Of a stretch of 60,000 nt of DNA, positions 38,984-51,732 are shown in pieces. A program made the position numbers and the translations under genes. Below the pieces are notes generated by a model. That model had not been told where the DNA came from and ran no database searches. It worked only from the letters and a program-made list of their open reading frames with translations. Source of the stretch: Laetmonice hystrix (lineage: Eukaryota). Every line of letters begins with the position of its first letter. The stretch's first letter is position 1. The DNA is taken from contig OZ249436.1 of assembly GCA_965235115.1 (NCBI GenBank), forward strand, positions 52,268,001-52,328,000, in the 5' to 3' direction.

Positions 38984-41108
38984 ATGAAGGAAATCATTCT
39001 AATTCTCGGCGTGCTAGTCACGGCTGCACTTAGCGAACCTGGTAAGTCACTATTTTATTTTTTATTATAGCAGAAATCCTAGAGACAAATTTGTGTGGCA
39101 TCGTGGCCTGCTTTATGAGGAGGAATAATCCGAGGATAACTATATTACCTAAACAATTAAAATTATCAGAATCTCATCGAAATCGGACAATATTTTTTCA
39201 AAGATTATTCACAAAAAAAGATCTAAACCTTCATGTGGAAAGCATACCTGCAGCTGCCCGAATGTGGTTCCTTTTGAAATATTATTAATCATGGTTTTAA
39301 TAATTGTATTGCTACTCAGGATGAAAAAAGTCAGAGGTTTATTTGCCATCAATTTGAATAGAGTGGTCATTTTAGGAGAATTTCGAATTATTCACCTCAC
39401 TTTATAATTATGATGAAATGATAAAGAACTCATGCCAAGTTCTATGCATGCATGTATGTACGTCAACTATAAAGTAGAGGGCCAATGTTTTAAGTAAATT
39501 TAACACTTTAATTTTTACCCCTCCAAAGTGTCCGCTAGAAATCGTTCCATGTTGAAAAAATCACTGAAGAAACGCTGGCCGAGTTCTTAGATGAAAGTCA
39601 TGTTTAAAAGTGATATTCGAAAATAATCTCTTATGACATTTAGAGAACTTAAAACTACGGCCAAGTAAGCCATTCACAATTATCTCTTATTTCAATGACT
39701 CCAAGAAAAGGACATGGGCTGTTAGGTTAGATAAGCCTTAGACTACATAAATCAATAAATGTATACCAACAGAAATGGAGAAATCTAATTAAAATTCAAC
39801 ATTCCATGCAGTTGCCGGTTGTCGCTATGAAGCGATCGTCTTATGGCTGGTTGTTGACAAAATCGTGGGCCTTGCATTGACTTGGACAGCCAATAAAATT
39901 CATCGGACGATGAACCAATGCATTTCAATGGCTGTTCAAGTCAATGCCAGGTCAACGATTTTGTCAGCAAGTAGCCATACCCCGATCGCTTCACAGCGAC
40001 AACAGGCAACTGGAACTTTTAATTTCATTATTTTTCTCCATTTCTGCGGATAGTCTGCATGACCTAACAGACCCTGTCTTCAGTTTGAAGTCATTAAACT
40101 AAGAGATAATCGTGAATAGCATTAATTATGACAAATGACAGGAACTATAACCTTCAAATATTACCTCCACTTTTCAATTGTCCTCATAAATGCTTCATTG
40201 TCGGATTGTCATACTAAACGAAGGTTTCCACTCTTTTCTCTCTCGCAGTCTATGAGCCAATTGACACAAAAGACGCCTTCGCCAACAAGGTTCAGTATGT
40301 GGCGTCCACGGGCAAGGTTGAGGGTAAGGCCGGTGGATACGGCCACGGTCTCAACGGCTACGGTCACGGCTACGGTCACGGCTACGGTCACGGCTACGGT
40401 CACGGTCACGGTGGACTGGTAGCCGGTCATCACGGCGGTTATGGTGGACACGGCCGTGTCGGCCATGGTGGTTACGGGCACGGATATGGTGGTCACGGGC
40501 ACGGGCACGGGCACGGTGGCGTATACGGCGGTCATGGTTACGGAAATGGTCACTACGGTGTCGGCCATGGTGGTCACGGTTACGGACACGGTCACGGTAG
40601 TCTACACCATGGAAGTGGACATCATCACGGCGGTGGCGGCTACGATTACGGAAACAATCAGGCTCACCACGGGGGTCACAAAGACAGCTACCACCACGCC
40701 AACCACAAGGTTGGATCACATGGAGGTCATGGTTCACATCAAGGAGGTAGCAAACATGACGGAGGGGACCAGTGGTACGGGGGAAGTCACAGTAAGGGAC
40801 ATGGCGGCGAGTCCGGCCATGGTCACGCCGACCAAACCTGGAACGGGAAGAGCCAAGAAGGGTATCACAAGGGGGAAGAAGACAAGTACAGCCACTATGG
40901 GACGAAGACGAAAAATTACCATTATGGAGGAGCCGGCTGGTACAAGGAGAACAGTCAAGGTCATGTAACCGGCCAGGGTCACGCGGGCAAGCACGGTACC
41001 GGACATTTCGGTGGGCACAAACACGCCAGTAAATACGAGCAGGCCAACAATCATTACGGCAACCAACAGAAGGCAAGCGGTCACAAACAGTACTACGGCT
41101 ACAACTAA
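38984..41108 (+). CDS. Secreted Gly/His-rich protein, paralog 5 (305 aa); exons 38984-39041 and 40249-41108
   Basis: tatatata at ~38830. Exon 1 MKEIILILGVLVTAALSEP|g-gtaagt. Acceptor ctctctcgcag|40249 gives VYEPIDTKDAFANKVQYVASTGKVEGKAGGYGHG..., ending SGHKQYYGYN*. Confidence 0.9.
39670..40125. mobile_element. Degenerate foldback MITE in the paralog 5 intron
   Basis: cagttgccggttgtcgctatgaagcgatcg is mirrored by cgatcgcttcacagcgacaacaggcaactg, with further inverted similarity in the outer arms. Confidence 0.65.
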
Positions 41109-41637
41109 AACTTTACCCCTTGGAACTGCTATTTTTTTTATAGGATTTGCCCCCAGACTTTCCTCCAGATCATAGACATACTATAGGATTATCAGCTCGT
41201 TACTAGTAGATGCTTAAGTGTGCAAGCAATAGAACATCGAATTGGACTAGAGACTGTGTAGTCTACTTTTGATCAATCGTAGTTGTATTTTCATAGAGAC
41301 CTTTACATCAACTGCGACTTTAGCCAAGAATATTGGGATCTAATAAGACTGGAGCTTTAGAAGATATCGGTGGGGTTTCTGTAAACGGATTCCACATCGA
41401 TCACCCGAATATACATAATTTATACATTGTGTGTCAGATATTTTGTCATTAAGAATGACATCCGATTTGAAAAGAGAACTGTTCTTGTAGCAAAGGAAAA
41501 TGTCTGCTTTAAGTGTTTTTCTATGGTTTCTAATTCATCACCGGAAGATAAAAAAATACATTGCCATTGCCTTGCGACATGAAACCTTATATTTAGGAGT
41601 TGATATAATCATACAAATCGTTACATGTGGGCTATTT

Positions 41638-41921
41638 TATGGAGCCCCCCGAGGTGACATGCTGAAAATATTTTTTAATTCGTGGCCACGAATTAATAAA
41701 CCGTGGCCACGAATTAATAAACCTTGGCCACGATTTTCTCAACCGTGCGCACGAATTAGTAGTCCGTGGCCACGAATTACTAAACCTTGGCCACGATTTA
41801 CTAAACCGTGCGCACGAATTAGTAATCCGTGGCCACGAATTACTAAACCGTGGCCACGATTTAGTAATCCGTGTGCACGGATTAAAAAATATGTTCAGCA
41901 TGACACCTCCGGGGCTCCATA
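41638..41921. mobile_element. 284-bp MITE with ~50-bp TIRs, 6-bp TSD and internal 21-bp repeats
   Basis: ctattt|tatggagccccccgaggtgacatgctgaa ... ttcagcatgacacctccggggctccata|ctattt; internal ccgtggccacgaattaataaa units. Confidence 0.85.
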
Positions 41922-42252
41922 CTATTTCAAGGAAGGGCCAAACATGAGTGTGAAACTACTTATAAAGACCTTATAGACCTTAGCAGTATTTGCATACTGC
42001 GTCACATCCAGCGTGTGCACTCTCTGCATGTGCTTAGTCACGTGCTTCACTTAGTTGTAAACAATTCAGCAGTTGCACCCAATCGTTCGGCATCAGAATG
42101 CCACCCAAAACATATTTTACGGAATCGGCAGAGAAGCGGGTAAGGAAAGAAAGACACAGAAGTTGGAAAAGACAGCAAGTCAATCTCGGAAACCAAGGCA
42201 GGAGGCTCGTTGGCGAGGTTGGCGAGGTCGTTAGCGGCGGCACCTCGAGTGT

Positions 42253-44133
42253 TGTAGCAACCACTTTTGTCATTTTTACCACTTTTGTCACAGGTCACCA
42301 CTTTTGTCGCACAAAATGCCCACTTTTGTCACAGGTCACTACTAATGCGTAGGCTCGCAAGTTATAAAATTTGAAATCGTTAAAAGAAAAGGCCGGAGAA
42401 GGCGTGTAAATGTATTTTCAACTTTTTCATTTCATTTTGAACGAAAGGGGATCCTCCCAGCCAGGTCTGCTTCGGGGCGCCGTGCATAGTAGTGGTAGTA
42501 TAGAATGTAAGTGAGCGAGAGCGAGAGCGAGAGCGAGACAGACCGACAGACTGAAGGGACAGAGAGATAGGGAGGGCGATAGAGGGAGGGACAGAGAGAG
42601 AGAGAGGGAGAGAGAGAGGGAGAAATGGAGATATGGGGAGAGAGAGGCAGAGAGGGAGGCAGACAGAGAGAGAGAGAGAAAAGAAAAGGTGAACTTGGTC
42701 TTAGTCGACTAGATTCCTTCATCCTACCGTTCGAAGATCTGGCGTCTGAGACAACACGTGATAACCCAATGGTAGCCGCCATACGGAACTATGCCACAGA
42801 TCGACCCACTGACGGGGAACGGGTTGTATTGCTACATCCCTTTAGAAGAGTCGTATCGCACTTTTCTCAGCCTTGCACCCTCCCGGCTCCAAGTGGATAC
42901 TGTGTGACTCATCATACTGTCAGTGTTTGAACCATCAGCACGTGTTGCCAAACTACGACCGAACGTGGACCCATGCAAGCTCCTTCCGACCATCAGCCAG
43001 TTCATGGGAGACAGACCCGAGTCTATCTAAGCGATACTTTCAGACGTGACCGTTCACTGTACATGTGAACAGTGGTTTCGTGGCTTTATATGGTGGGGAG
43101 GTCAAGCCGGACCTCCAGAGTGGTGTCCAACACAACCACATTGTTTTAGTAAGATAAAAACATTTTACAGGCAACAAACAAAGCCCTGGAGGTGTAGATC
43201 CCGTCTGTAGCACTACAAATAGGGTGACCATCCATAGTTTCTTCGGGCAAGTTGATTTTCTTAAAAGATATTAATAAATATGATAAAATCAGGGCAGCAT
43301 GGACAATGAGGCACGTGACACCGACGATCTGCATACGACAGTCGTCACCAAGCGTCAAGGTCCACATAGTTACAGTCATTTATATACAAATTAGCATCTC
43401 ACCTCCAAAACCAATTGCCTACATGGCTGTATTTTAGTGGGTTCTTTACCACAAAGCTATATAAGTGAACACCGACTTAAACATCAGAAGGTTTTCCAGG
43501 TAGAACAGTATTTCATATTAATCAAGACACCATTTCCACCGTCCTGTCTGTCCTAATGAAAACAAGGTGCTACAACCAAGCATGTCTGGCGGCGTCATAC
43601 TGTGTACAGGTCAAACTGTTGACTGTAACTGACTGACTGACGTACATAGTCACCGGCGTGAGGTGTGACAAACAAACCTGGACCATAGAAACCACTACCT
43701 GGTATTTATAGCACAAGAATGTATTAGATCAGGGCGTATACTAGCATATCTTTCTCCTACTCTATTTACCACACATATCTTGCTTACTTTCATACAGTAA
43801 TTCAATAAATTATGCCCAGTGGTTAATTAATCACTTAATTATTGTTTGTTCATGAAGGAGTAAAAGTTTTAATAGCAACTAATGCAATGTGTGCCCCTGA
43901 TTGCATGGATCTGTAGCTATATTCGTAAACCATCTCATTTCTGCCATGCTGTCTTTTTTGGCCTTTACAAGTTTGACAAAACCGGTCAAAAATTATGACT
44001 AAAGTGATGTCCTTAAGAACGACAAAAGTGGGCGACGTTGTGACAAAAGTAGTGACCTGTGACAAAAGTGGGCATGTGACAAAAGTGGTGACCTGTGACA
44101 AAAATGGTAAAAATGACAAAAGTGGTTGCTACA
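42253..44133. mobile_element. Non-autonomous DNA transposon with TGT...ACA termini (Ginger-like), ~90-bp repetitive TIRs
   Basis: tgtagcaaccacttttgtcatttttacca ... tggtaaaaatgacaaaagtggttgctaca; flanks agtgt and agtgg form an imperfect 5-bp TSD. Confidence 0.75.
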
Positions 44134-47100
44134 AGTGGCAAGGCGAGTTTTCGTTACCATTCGGAACACCTCGACTCCCGCTTCCGCTTCGCTACTGTTG
44201 TAGTCTCGGACCACGCTTGTCCGCTCACGTTCCCTGCCGAACGTATCGCTCGTATGTGACGATCATGGTAAGGCTGTGTAAGCGTCCTTGACCCTACGGA
44301 CTACTTTCAGCCGATGTCAACAAAGCTTCCGTGCAGCCCAGATCAACTGATTGTAGAACATGATTATGACCTCCATCTAATTAAAACGTTACCTTCTAAA
44401 TCAAAGAATGTTATGGCAGATATTGTCATCTTTCAAAAAGTTCGAGAAACCAAGTGAACTTGACCTGGATGCACGTCCAGCAGTCCCAGCAGACTGTCAC
44501 TGAGCAGTGCACGTGTACCCGGCACCGAATCCATAACAACGGAAGGAAACATTCGACACTCTTGTAATTGGAAAAGGTTCGGGAGCCTGGTCCCCAGGTC
44601 TATATTGACTACGTATCCTGGTGAAGGCTAATCGAAGAGAGCATTGTGATTGGCCCATCGAAAACATGGCCGCAAACGAGGTAGTTCCGTACCCTCCGTA
44701 TTTCTCCAACAAGACACAGATATTTTCGTCAATCCCTTTAAAATACAAGTGTTAAATGTCCTCTCTTTTCTGGATGTAAACATAGTGTCATCGGTCCTCA
44801 CACCTGCTACGGTCTGCATACGCATGGGCATGTTGGCCAATCTCTAAACATAGGTCGGCCACTCCGTTAACGCTGACCAACGGAACAGAAGCGGAAGTGC
44901 TCAGAATTTGATCACTTCCGTTTCGCGGTTTTCTGCCAGCCAGCACCTGGCCTAACATAGCGGATGCGTCTGGTAGGCAGGCGACCAGGCTACGGGTTTG
45001 GCCGCATCACAAATCGCGTAATGCGCAAAGTAGTTCACAGATCGTCGGTATCTGGCCCAGCGCGGGATTGTTCGTCGGGAAAGATGGATAATTTCCGAAG
45101 ATTTGCAGTCTGGATAGTTCTTAGTAGCTGCGACACATTCAGTGTTGCAGTATTTATTAAATCATACGACTTTACCAGCTTGAATCGACATAAGAAATGA
45201 CGTCATATGCCTGAGGGAATCCGGAATGAGACAGCGCGTCCGTGGGACGGACGTCGACATCCGTTAAATTTACCGTAGACCTACCGAATGCCAATGGGCG
45301 ATTTCATTCAACTGACCAAGACCTCCTAAATACGCGCCAATGTTCACTTTTAATGTGGCTCAATAGTTGTCAGTGATAGCCATCTACTAGGCCTATACTT
45401 TATCACTCAAATTCTGTGGTTTCCAAAAAGCGTTCAATCAAGGAAAGCGAGCTCGCTTCTAGCAGGCGGAGCTGGGCGGAGCTGGGCGAGGCCGGTGTCA
45501 CATCTAATAGGGCCTACCTACCCGCAATGTGGGTTGGGTGTCAAATCTTATAAATATCGGGTGGATAAAAAAAAAACCACTGTGATCAATCCTGTATGAC
45601 ATAATGTCACTGAAATAAAAAGATTACTTACTTACTTATTCCCCTACTTACTTACTTAATTACTTACTTACTTACTTACTATAATACCTACCCACGGTAG
45701 GTATTATTTAGATAATAATAAGCTCCCCGGTCACTATTATCTAGATAATAGTGACACTGCCCATATAAAATCTACCCCCTCCATACTCGACACTGAAAGT
45801 CACCATGACCATTATAAGTATTAACGTTGAGAAAGGCATTGCCTAACCTTGCTTTCCAATAGCAATGTCAAGCCCAATCAAAAGGTAGGCTTGATGTAGA
45901 AATCTAAAAGAAGACACGGAACGATTCATGTCTCAGTGGGCCTATAGAGGGTTGAGTTCTGTCCATTTCACCGCTGCCACGCACACAACCTAAAATTCTC
46001 CTGGAACAGGGCCTAGTTGCCTCCCCCGGACCAAAAATTTGCTTCCGACATCACCATATTAGGCCACCAACTGAAGCGTGTAGCGTGTAGGTTCGCTCCC
46101 ATCATCTGGGGACTACTTTCCATAAACACCATCTAGTACAATATAACACACTTTATTTAAAATAAAAAGTTCTCCACTCAAAATCCTGCAGTTAATTTGT
46201 AATTGCCCTCCTTATTGCGAACTATATAACGCGTAGGGACCCTGCAATTTACCGGCATGCAAACTGCCGTGGAAGGCTACCAAATAAGATTAACCAATCA
46301 GTGATAAGTTCACCCCCACTCTCCAGCCTGAGGAGGTAGGAAACATGGCAATATGGCGGCCTCCATGTCGGACGTGCCCAGACGAGAGAAAGTGCCAAAA
46401 ACTTTGGAAAATACCACTTTAAAGTATCTGATTCACTACGAGTTTGCAGCTGAGGAAGGTGTACAGAATTTCACAAAAGTACGGTGGCAGAAACTCCAAG
46501 TTTGTGTCAAGGAATGGCTGGATTTTGACGGTGATGACTGTGTTGGGTTGGCCGGTCTCGGTCGAAATCGGCCGCCGCTCGAAATCGGCCGCCCGTATTA
46601 ACCGACGGACGATCGGGCGTAGCACGAGGGGGTTCCGCTGGCGGAGCCGCCCGCGGGACTAAACTATCACTAACCCTAGGCCAAACCTTAACCTTAACCC
46701 GACTAACACTAACCCTAGGCAATCATGGCTGGGTGGTAAGCAAAGAGGACCTGAAGCCCTGCTTGAGCTTGGACCTTGCGGTTGCAAAGCTGGAAAATGT
46801 TCGAAGGGTCGTTGTTCTTGTCTAAAGTAAAGGCTGAACTGAAATGCACAGCCCTGTGCAAATGCACCCACTGTGAAAATAGGGCTACAACTGCTGAGGA
46901 GGAGGAGGACGTTGTTGATGATCTAGGCAGGGCAGTCGGAACTGGGGGGGGGGGGGCCATGCCCCCCCCCCCCACTTTTTCACCCAGGATGAAAATCTTG
47001 AAGAGCCATTTTTTCAAGCTTCTGTTATTTCCAGAGGATGGATACTAGCCTATACGTTAGGCCTAATATATTGTGTTCGCCATGCCCCCCCCCCCACTTT

Positions 47101-47912
47101 TTCGCCCAGGATGAAAATCTTGAAGAGCCATTTTTTCAAGCTTCTGTTATTTCCAGAGGGTGGATACTAGCCTACATGTTAGGCCTAATATTGTGTTCGC
47201 TGTGGTAATGATGACGATCAGGTGACAGAGTCTCTAGGCCTGGCACTAAACTTCCTGGCGTAGGATATGCAACTTTGGAAGTCGATAAAATTACATAAAA
47301 TCGCTTTCAGGGTTTCTTCAAGGATTTTCAAACTGGGAGGGGGGGGGAGACCCCCCCCCCCCCAAGTGACCTGCATCTGGCACCAAAACCCGCTGACCCG
47401 CGAGGACAGCCATAGGATGATAAATCTAGGCCCAGGCGTTTTAGGCCTAGATTTATCATTCAGGCGGGGCCTATATCCTTCCTACTTTGGACTTCTTACA
47501 CTGAAAATTAGTGGGAGGATAGGCCTATCCCCCCCACATCATGAGTTGGGGCTTCAACCCCCCCCCCCCCCCAGCAGGGGCGCCGCTGCCGGGAGGGACG
47601 GGGGGAACATGCCCCCCCCCCCCACTTTTGCTGGCGACCTAAAAATTTCAAAGGCTCCTTGAAGTTGAAGCTAGGCCTAATAGATAGATCTACAGGTCTT
47701 CTTATACTCCCTATGCCTAGCTTTTTATGGTGAATTGCCCATGGGAGGCAAATTAAAGATAGATTTTCATCAATTTTAATCTTGGCCTTCGCAGGCCTAA
47801 GCCTATGTCATGTGTTTAGGAGATAGGTCTATGCTTTGCTGTTCTATAATTAATATGGGCCTAACCGCGGCCTAGATCCCCTGCAGCTTCCCTGTGTACC
47901 TTAGTCCTACCA

Positions 47913-48235
47913 CACTGGCGGATCCAGGGTAGGGGGTCACATAGGGTCTGGACCCCCCTAAAATATATATATTTCATGGCGCCCCTCCTGCCGTTCATGG
48001 CACCTCACGGCATTGTAGGGCTACATAAGACTTTTGACATCATTGGTCTTTAAATAGCTTTGTGCTCCAAAATGCATCAGATTTCACCAAATTACACCTT
48101 GAATTTGAAAAATTTCCGGGGGCATGCCCCCGGACCCCCTAGCAAGGCTTTGTGCCTTCGGCGCTCGTACAGTCACACCGGTTGCGTCCCTAAAAACGTT
48201 GGCCCCCCTACTTGAAAAAGCTGGATCTGCCCCTG
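47913..48235. mobile_element. Small hAT-like MITE nested in 46928-49237
   Basis: tacca|cactggcggatccag ... ctggatctgcccctg|taccg; imperfect TIR and 5-bp TSD. Confidence 0.6.
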
Positions 48236-48331
48236 TACCGTCTCTTGCTTAGCTCATAGACCTGAATATTCAGGTCAATCTTAAGCTCTAGGAAATCTAG
48301 GCCACGCTTTAATTATTGTCTGACAGCGTTA

Positions 48332-48460
48332 AGGCCGGTTTATAGTCCGTCGGCCGACCATCGCTGGACGTTTATAGTTCAGCGATCCGGCCATCGTGAA
48401 CTTGACCTGACGTCGAGCGATGGTCGGCCGATGGTCTGCCGACGGACTATAAACCGGCCT
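48332..48460. mobile_element. Harbinger/Tourist-like palindromic MITE, TTA TSD
   Basis: tta|aggccggtttatagtccgtcggc ... gccgacggactataaaccggcct|tta. Confidence 0.85.
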
Positions 48461-51400
48461 TTAGGCCTGCGGCCGTCAACATTTTTCACCCCCATGTTGG
48501 GCCTTCCTATTTGATTTTGAAGAAAAAGACCTCATGCGTGAATGTATTCAAATAATGAGTGAGGTTTACCAATTTTTACTAGGCCTAGTGTGGTAGAATA
48601 GAAAGTGGCAAGTAGGATGGGGACGGTCTCTATTTTATTTGGTAAAAGTGTGTTTTAGGCCTAGTCGTCAACTTTTTTGGCTTCTGATAAATATTGCTTG
48701 ATACTGTTTTTTGTGATGTCAACGGCCAGGTGGGGCCCACCTAAAAAAATTTTTTAGCCTCGCTACGCTCGGCAGGATTTCATTGTAACTGTAGGTACTA
48801 ATAGTATAATACATCTTCATACAAAAAAGGAAGATCTAAGGGGAGGCAAGCCCCCTGATTAATCCCTCACTGATTAATACATTAATCTTGAGCAAAAGGT
48901 CGGCACCGAAAGCTCTTTAGTTTGATGCTGAGAAGCCGGGAAATAGCACCGATGGCCTTTTATATTCCCAGAGTCGGAGCCCCCCCCCCTTTCGGCGCGT
49001 GGCACCTTCTGACACCCCCCCCCCCCAAAAAAAAAGAAGAAAATCCTGGGTCCGCCCCTTGGGGGGGGGGGGGGGTGAATACACTGTTATTTTGCAATTA
49101 TTATGGTACATAAATCTCGGGGGAAAAGGTCAAACACACCAAGATTGCCCCCCCCCCCACTTTGAAATAGGCAGCGGCGCCCCTGCCCAGGCTTGCCCCC
49201 CCCCCCCCCCACTTCCAAATATGTTCCGACGGCCCTGCTAGGTGATGATAGTGAGGATGATAGTGATGAATGAGTTCTTGTATTGAAAATTCTAGGTACC
49301 GTGAGTTTCATCTTTGAAGTTGGGTATGCAAATTTTACACGTTCAAGTATGAAGTTAGTCTTTTTGCACTTACTCATCCATAATTCCAGTAAAAGAGTGC
49401 TATTCTGCTTGTATACTTAAAGTTCAGCTGTTGGTTTATTTTTAAATATAGTTTATTCTCTGCACTACTAGAGTAAGGTGCATATGCTCACCCGTAGTGT
49501 TGTGCTGTTTTAAACTCATCAGCTGGTATTAGGTTCAGCTCAGTGTTTACAGTACCCATGTGGGGGTTGACCTGGGGCCTGTGATCACAGGTCATCAACT
49601 TTGGCAGTTGTTTTCATTGTAAATAGGTAGAAATACATTTCATTTGTATATTTTTTAGTAAAGTTTTCCAATAAAGAACTCGCTAATTTGCAAATAAGGA
49701 CTTCTTAATTTATAACTGGACGATTTTTGGAAGTCGGAACTCTGCAACTTTAAAGGCCTCATACAAAAAAACTGCAGAAGTTCACGTGGAGAACTTTTAT
49801 TATGTGGTTCTGCAGGTCTTTGACTACCAGAATCTACAAAGAAAAAGTAGTCCCCTGGTGGTGGGAGCGAAACTGTATTTCTATGCCAGCTACACGCTTC
49901 AGCTGGTGGCCTATATACGACAAGGTATAACTAGCTTGGTAGTTGCGGTGCTTGCTGATGGTTCGTGGGGCTCACTGCATGCAGGTAATGCCCACTTACA
50001 TAATCTTTGTGGGTCAGTGGGTAGCAGAACAGAAGACAGAACAATAGGCCTTGCGACTAAAACCTAATTTGCATATCAAATAATTCAAGACATGCACACG
50101 TGACTGCAACATGGAGAGGGCACTGACCACAAATTTGCTGTGTGATTCTCAAAATATCTGTTTATGTTCATTAAAACAAATTTTACACACGTAAAATGTC
50201 TATCAAAATTAGGTTTTAATCTTTACATAAGAGGTGTAGTACTTGAATACTTTTAATTTTGCAGGAACTCTGTTTTTATCCTAGCAAAACGTTGGGTGTA
50301 TGTGGCCACCCTTTCTGTGGTCCTCGACCTGGAGGGGGATATATAAAGCAATTACCACCAATCAAGGAATGTAGGGAACTGCGAGGCACCGCTCCCCACG
50401 TTCGGTGGTAGTCTGGGCTATCGTCTGTATCCAGACGCCAGATCTTCGAATGGTAGGACATGGACCAGCTATCAAGTCCAGTTTGTTTTTTAAAGGTATT
50501 TTCAATGTTTAGTTATTCTCAACTTTCCAGTCGCCTATTATACCCGGAACCACTCTAGCCCCAGAATCTGTTTCTTCCGTGATCATCTCTGGCAATATAG
50601 GCTTTTGCGATAGCTCATAAGGCACAATGTAGTTTGACCCAGGCTGCTGATTGCCGAAACATCAGGACATGAAAGATCATGGAAAATGAAATTTGTTTTT
50701 TCAGGCATGCAAAATAGAAAAACTAGGTAAAGTCATGAAAAAGTCATGGAATTTGCCATTTCTCTTGAACCACATTTTTGTTTCTGTTAGGTCAAAATTG
50801 TAATGTTCCGCGACGTAAGACATCCTTGGTCGTTGTGTTAGGGTCGTTCTACTGGTCCCGCATGTTGGTACAGAAGGTCCTTAGCCCGGGAAGTGGTTGA
50901 ACAAAGTCGGCGGAGGTCTGGCAGACGCGACACGTGCAATAAAGTTATGAACTGATGGCCAAGACGGTATATCACATGCAATGGAAATGCACTCGCGCTG
51001 AAGACGAGTGCAGTGGCATCCCTCCGGTCGAAGCAGAATACAGGGTGAAGAAGAGTTCAGTATGTTGCGCTAAATAGTGTAGTACATTCCATTGTCCAAA
51101 CCTCGTTCAAAGTCAGGTCCAGTGTAATGCTTACCTGCTTACCTTCTTTGGACGAAAAGAACTGTGCAGAATTTGTCCTGGAAGATCGCATCTTAAAAGA
51201 TCTTTTCAACTCGTGTGAATTCTAAACTAGAAGTATCCGCCTGCGTGTCCCAGAAGAACCGGAGACATTGTTCGTTTCGACCATACCAACCATGTGGACG
51301 TCGTGAGGTTAGCGTGACTGCCAATGTGTGAACCGCTCTCCCTCCATCCATATTCAAACACATCGTTACCTAAACTGCTGGGCCCTTTTAAAATGACGTT

Positions 51401-51644
51401 AGAGCTAGATCGCCAGCAGTTCCGAAAGAAAATATATGAATATTTTTAATCTAATATCGATGGTAATGTCTATGATGCAAATCTGCCACGCTTCTCTCGC
51501 AGATTACAATTCGCTGCCTTCTCTGATAGCCTATTATGAATAGAACGACTAGCTAGAAATCCTATTGAGCGGTATAAATATGTAAAACACCAGTCAAATA
51601 TGGATATCCATTGGGCATGTTAAAAGCAGTTTAAGATGCTGCCC

Positions 51645-51653
51645 TATATAAAA
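51645..51653 (+). promoter_or_regulatory. TATA box of paralog 6
   Basis: tatataaaa 88 nt upstream of the ATG at 51733; conserved at 57124. Confidence 0.7.
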
Positions 51654-51732
51654 GCCGGTTGAAGTGACCGATGTGCAGTTCCAGGCCAAACGATTCTGAT
51701 CTCTAAACGAAGTCCGTGGGCGTCCGTCAGCA

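Larger units (their letters stand above)
46928..49237. mobile_element. 2.3-kb non-autonomous element with CAGGG termini and 5-bp TSD (hAT-like), nested in the Academ-like element
   Basis: ctagg|cagggcagtcggaac ... gttccgacggccctg|ctagg. Confidence 0.8.
46353..49276 (+). pseudogene. Academ-like transposase remnants: N-terminal stub (46353-~46545), Cys8 C-terminus (~46726-46927, frameshifted) and acidic tail (49243-49273)
   Basis: WLGGKQRGPEALLELGPCGCKAGKCSKGRCSCLK / KAELKCTALCKCTHCENRATTAEEEEDVVDDL, resuming after the nested insert as GDDSEDDSDE*. Confidence 0.65.
46060..49913 (+). mobile_element. Internally deleted Academ-like DNA transposon hosting nested insertions
   Basis: tat|taggccaccaactgaagcgtgtagc ... 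gctacacgcttcagctggtggccta|tat: TAG..CTA termini, long imperfect TIRs, 3-bp TSD. Contains a Cys8 cluster remnant. Confidence 0.8.

Noticed and set aside
41500..41976. ORF with (KPWPRI)n repeats
   Set aside because: Translation of the 21-bp internal repeats of the 41638-41921 MITE.
46668..46720. Telomere-like taaccc repeats
   Set aside because: Short and degenerate, and part of a repeat fragment at the deletion junction inside the Academ-like element.
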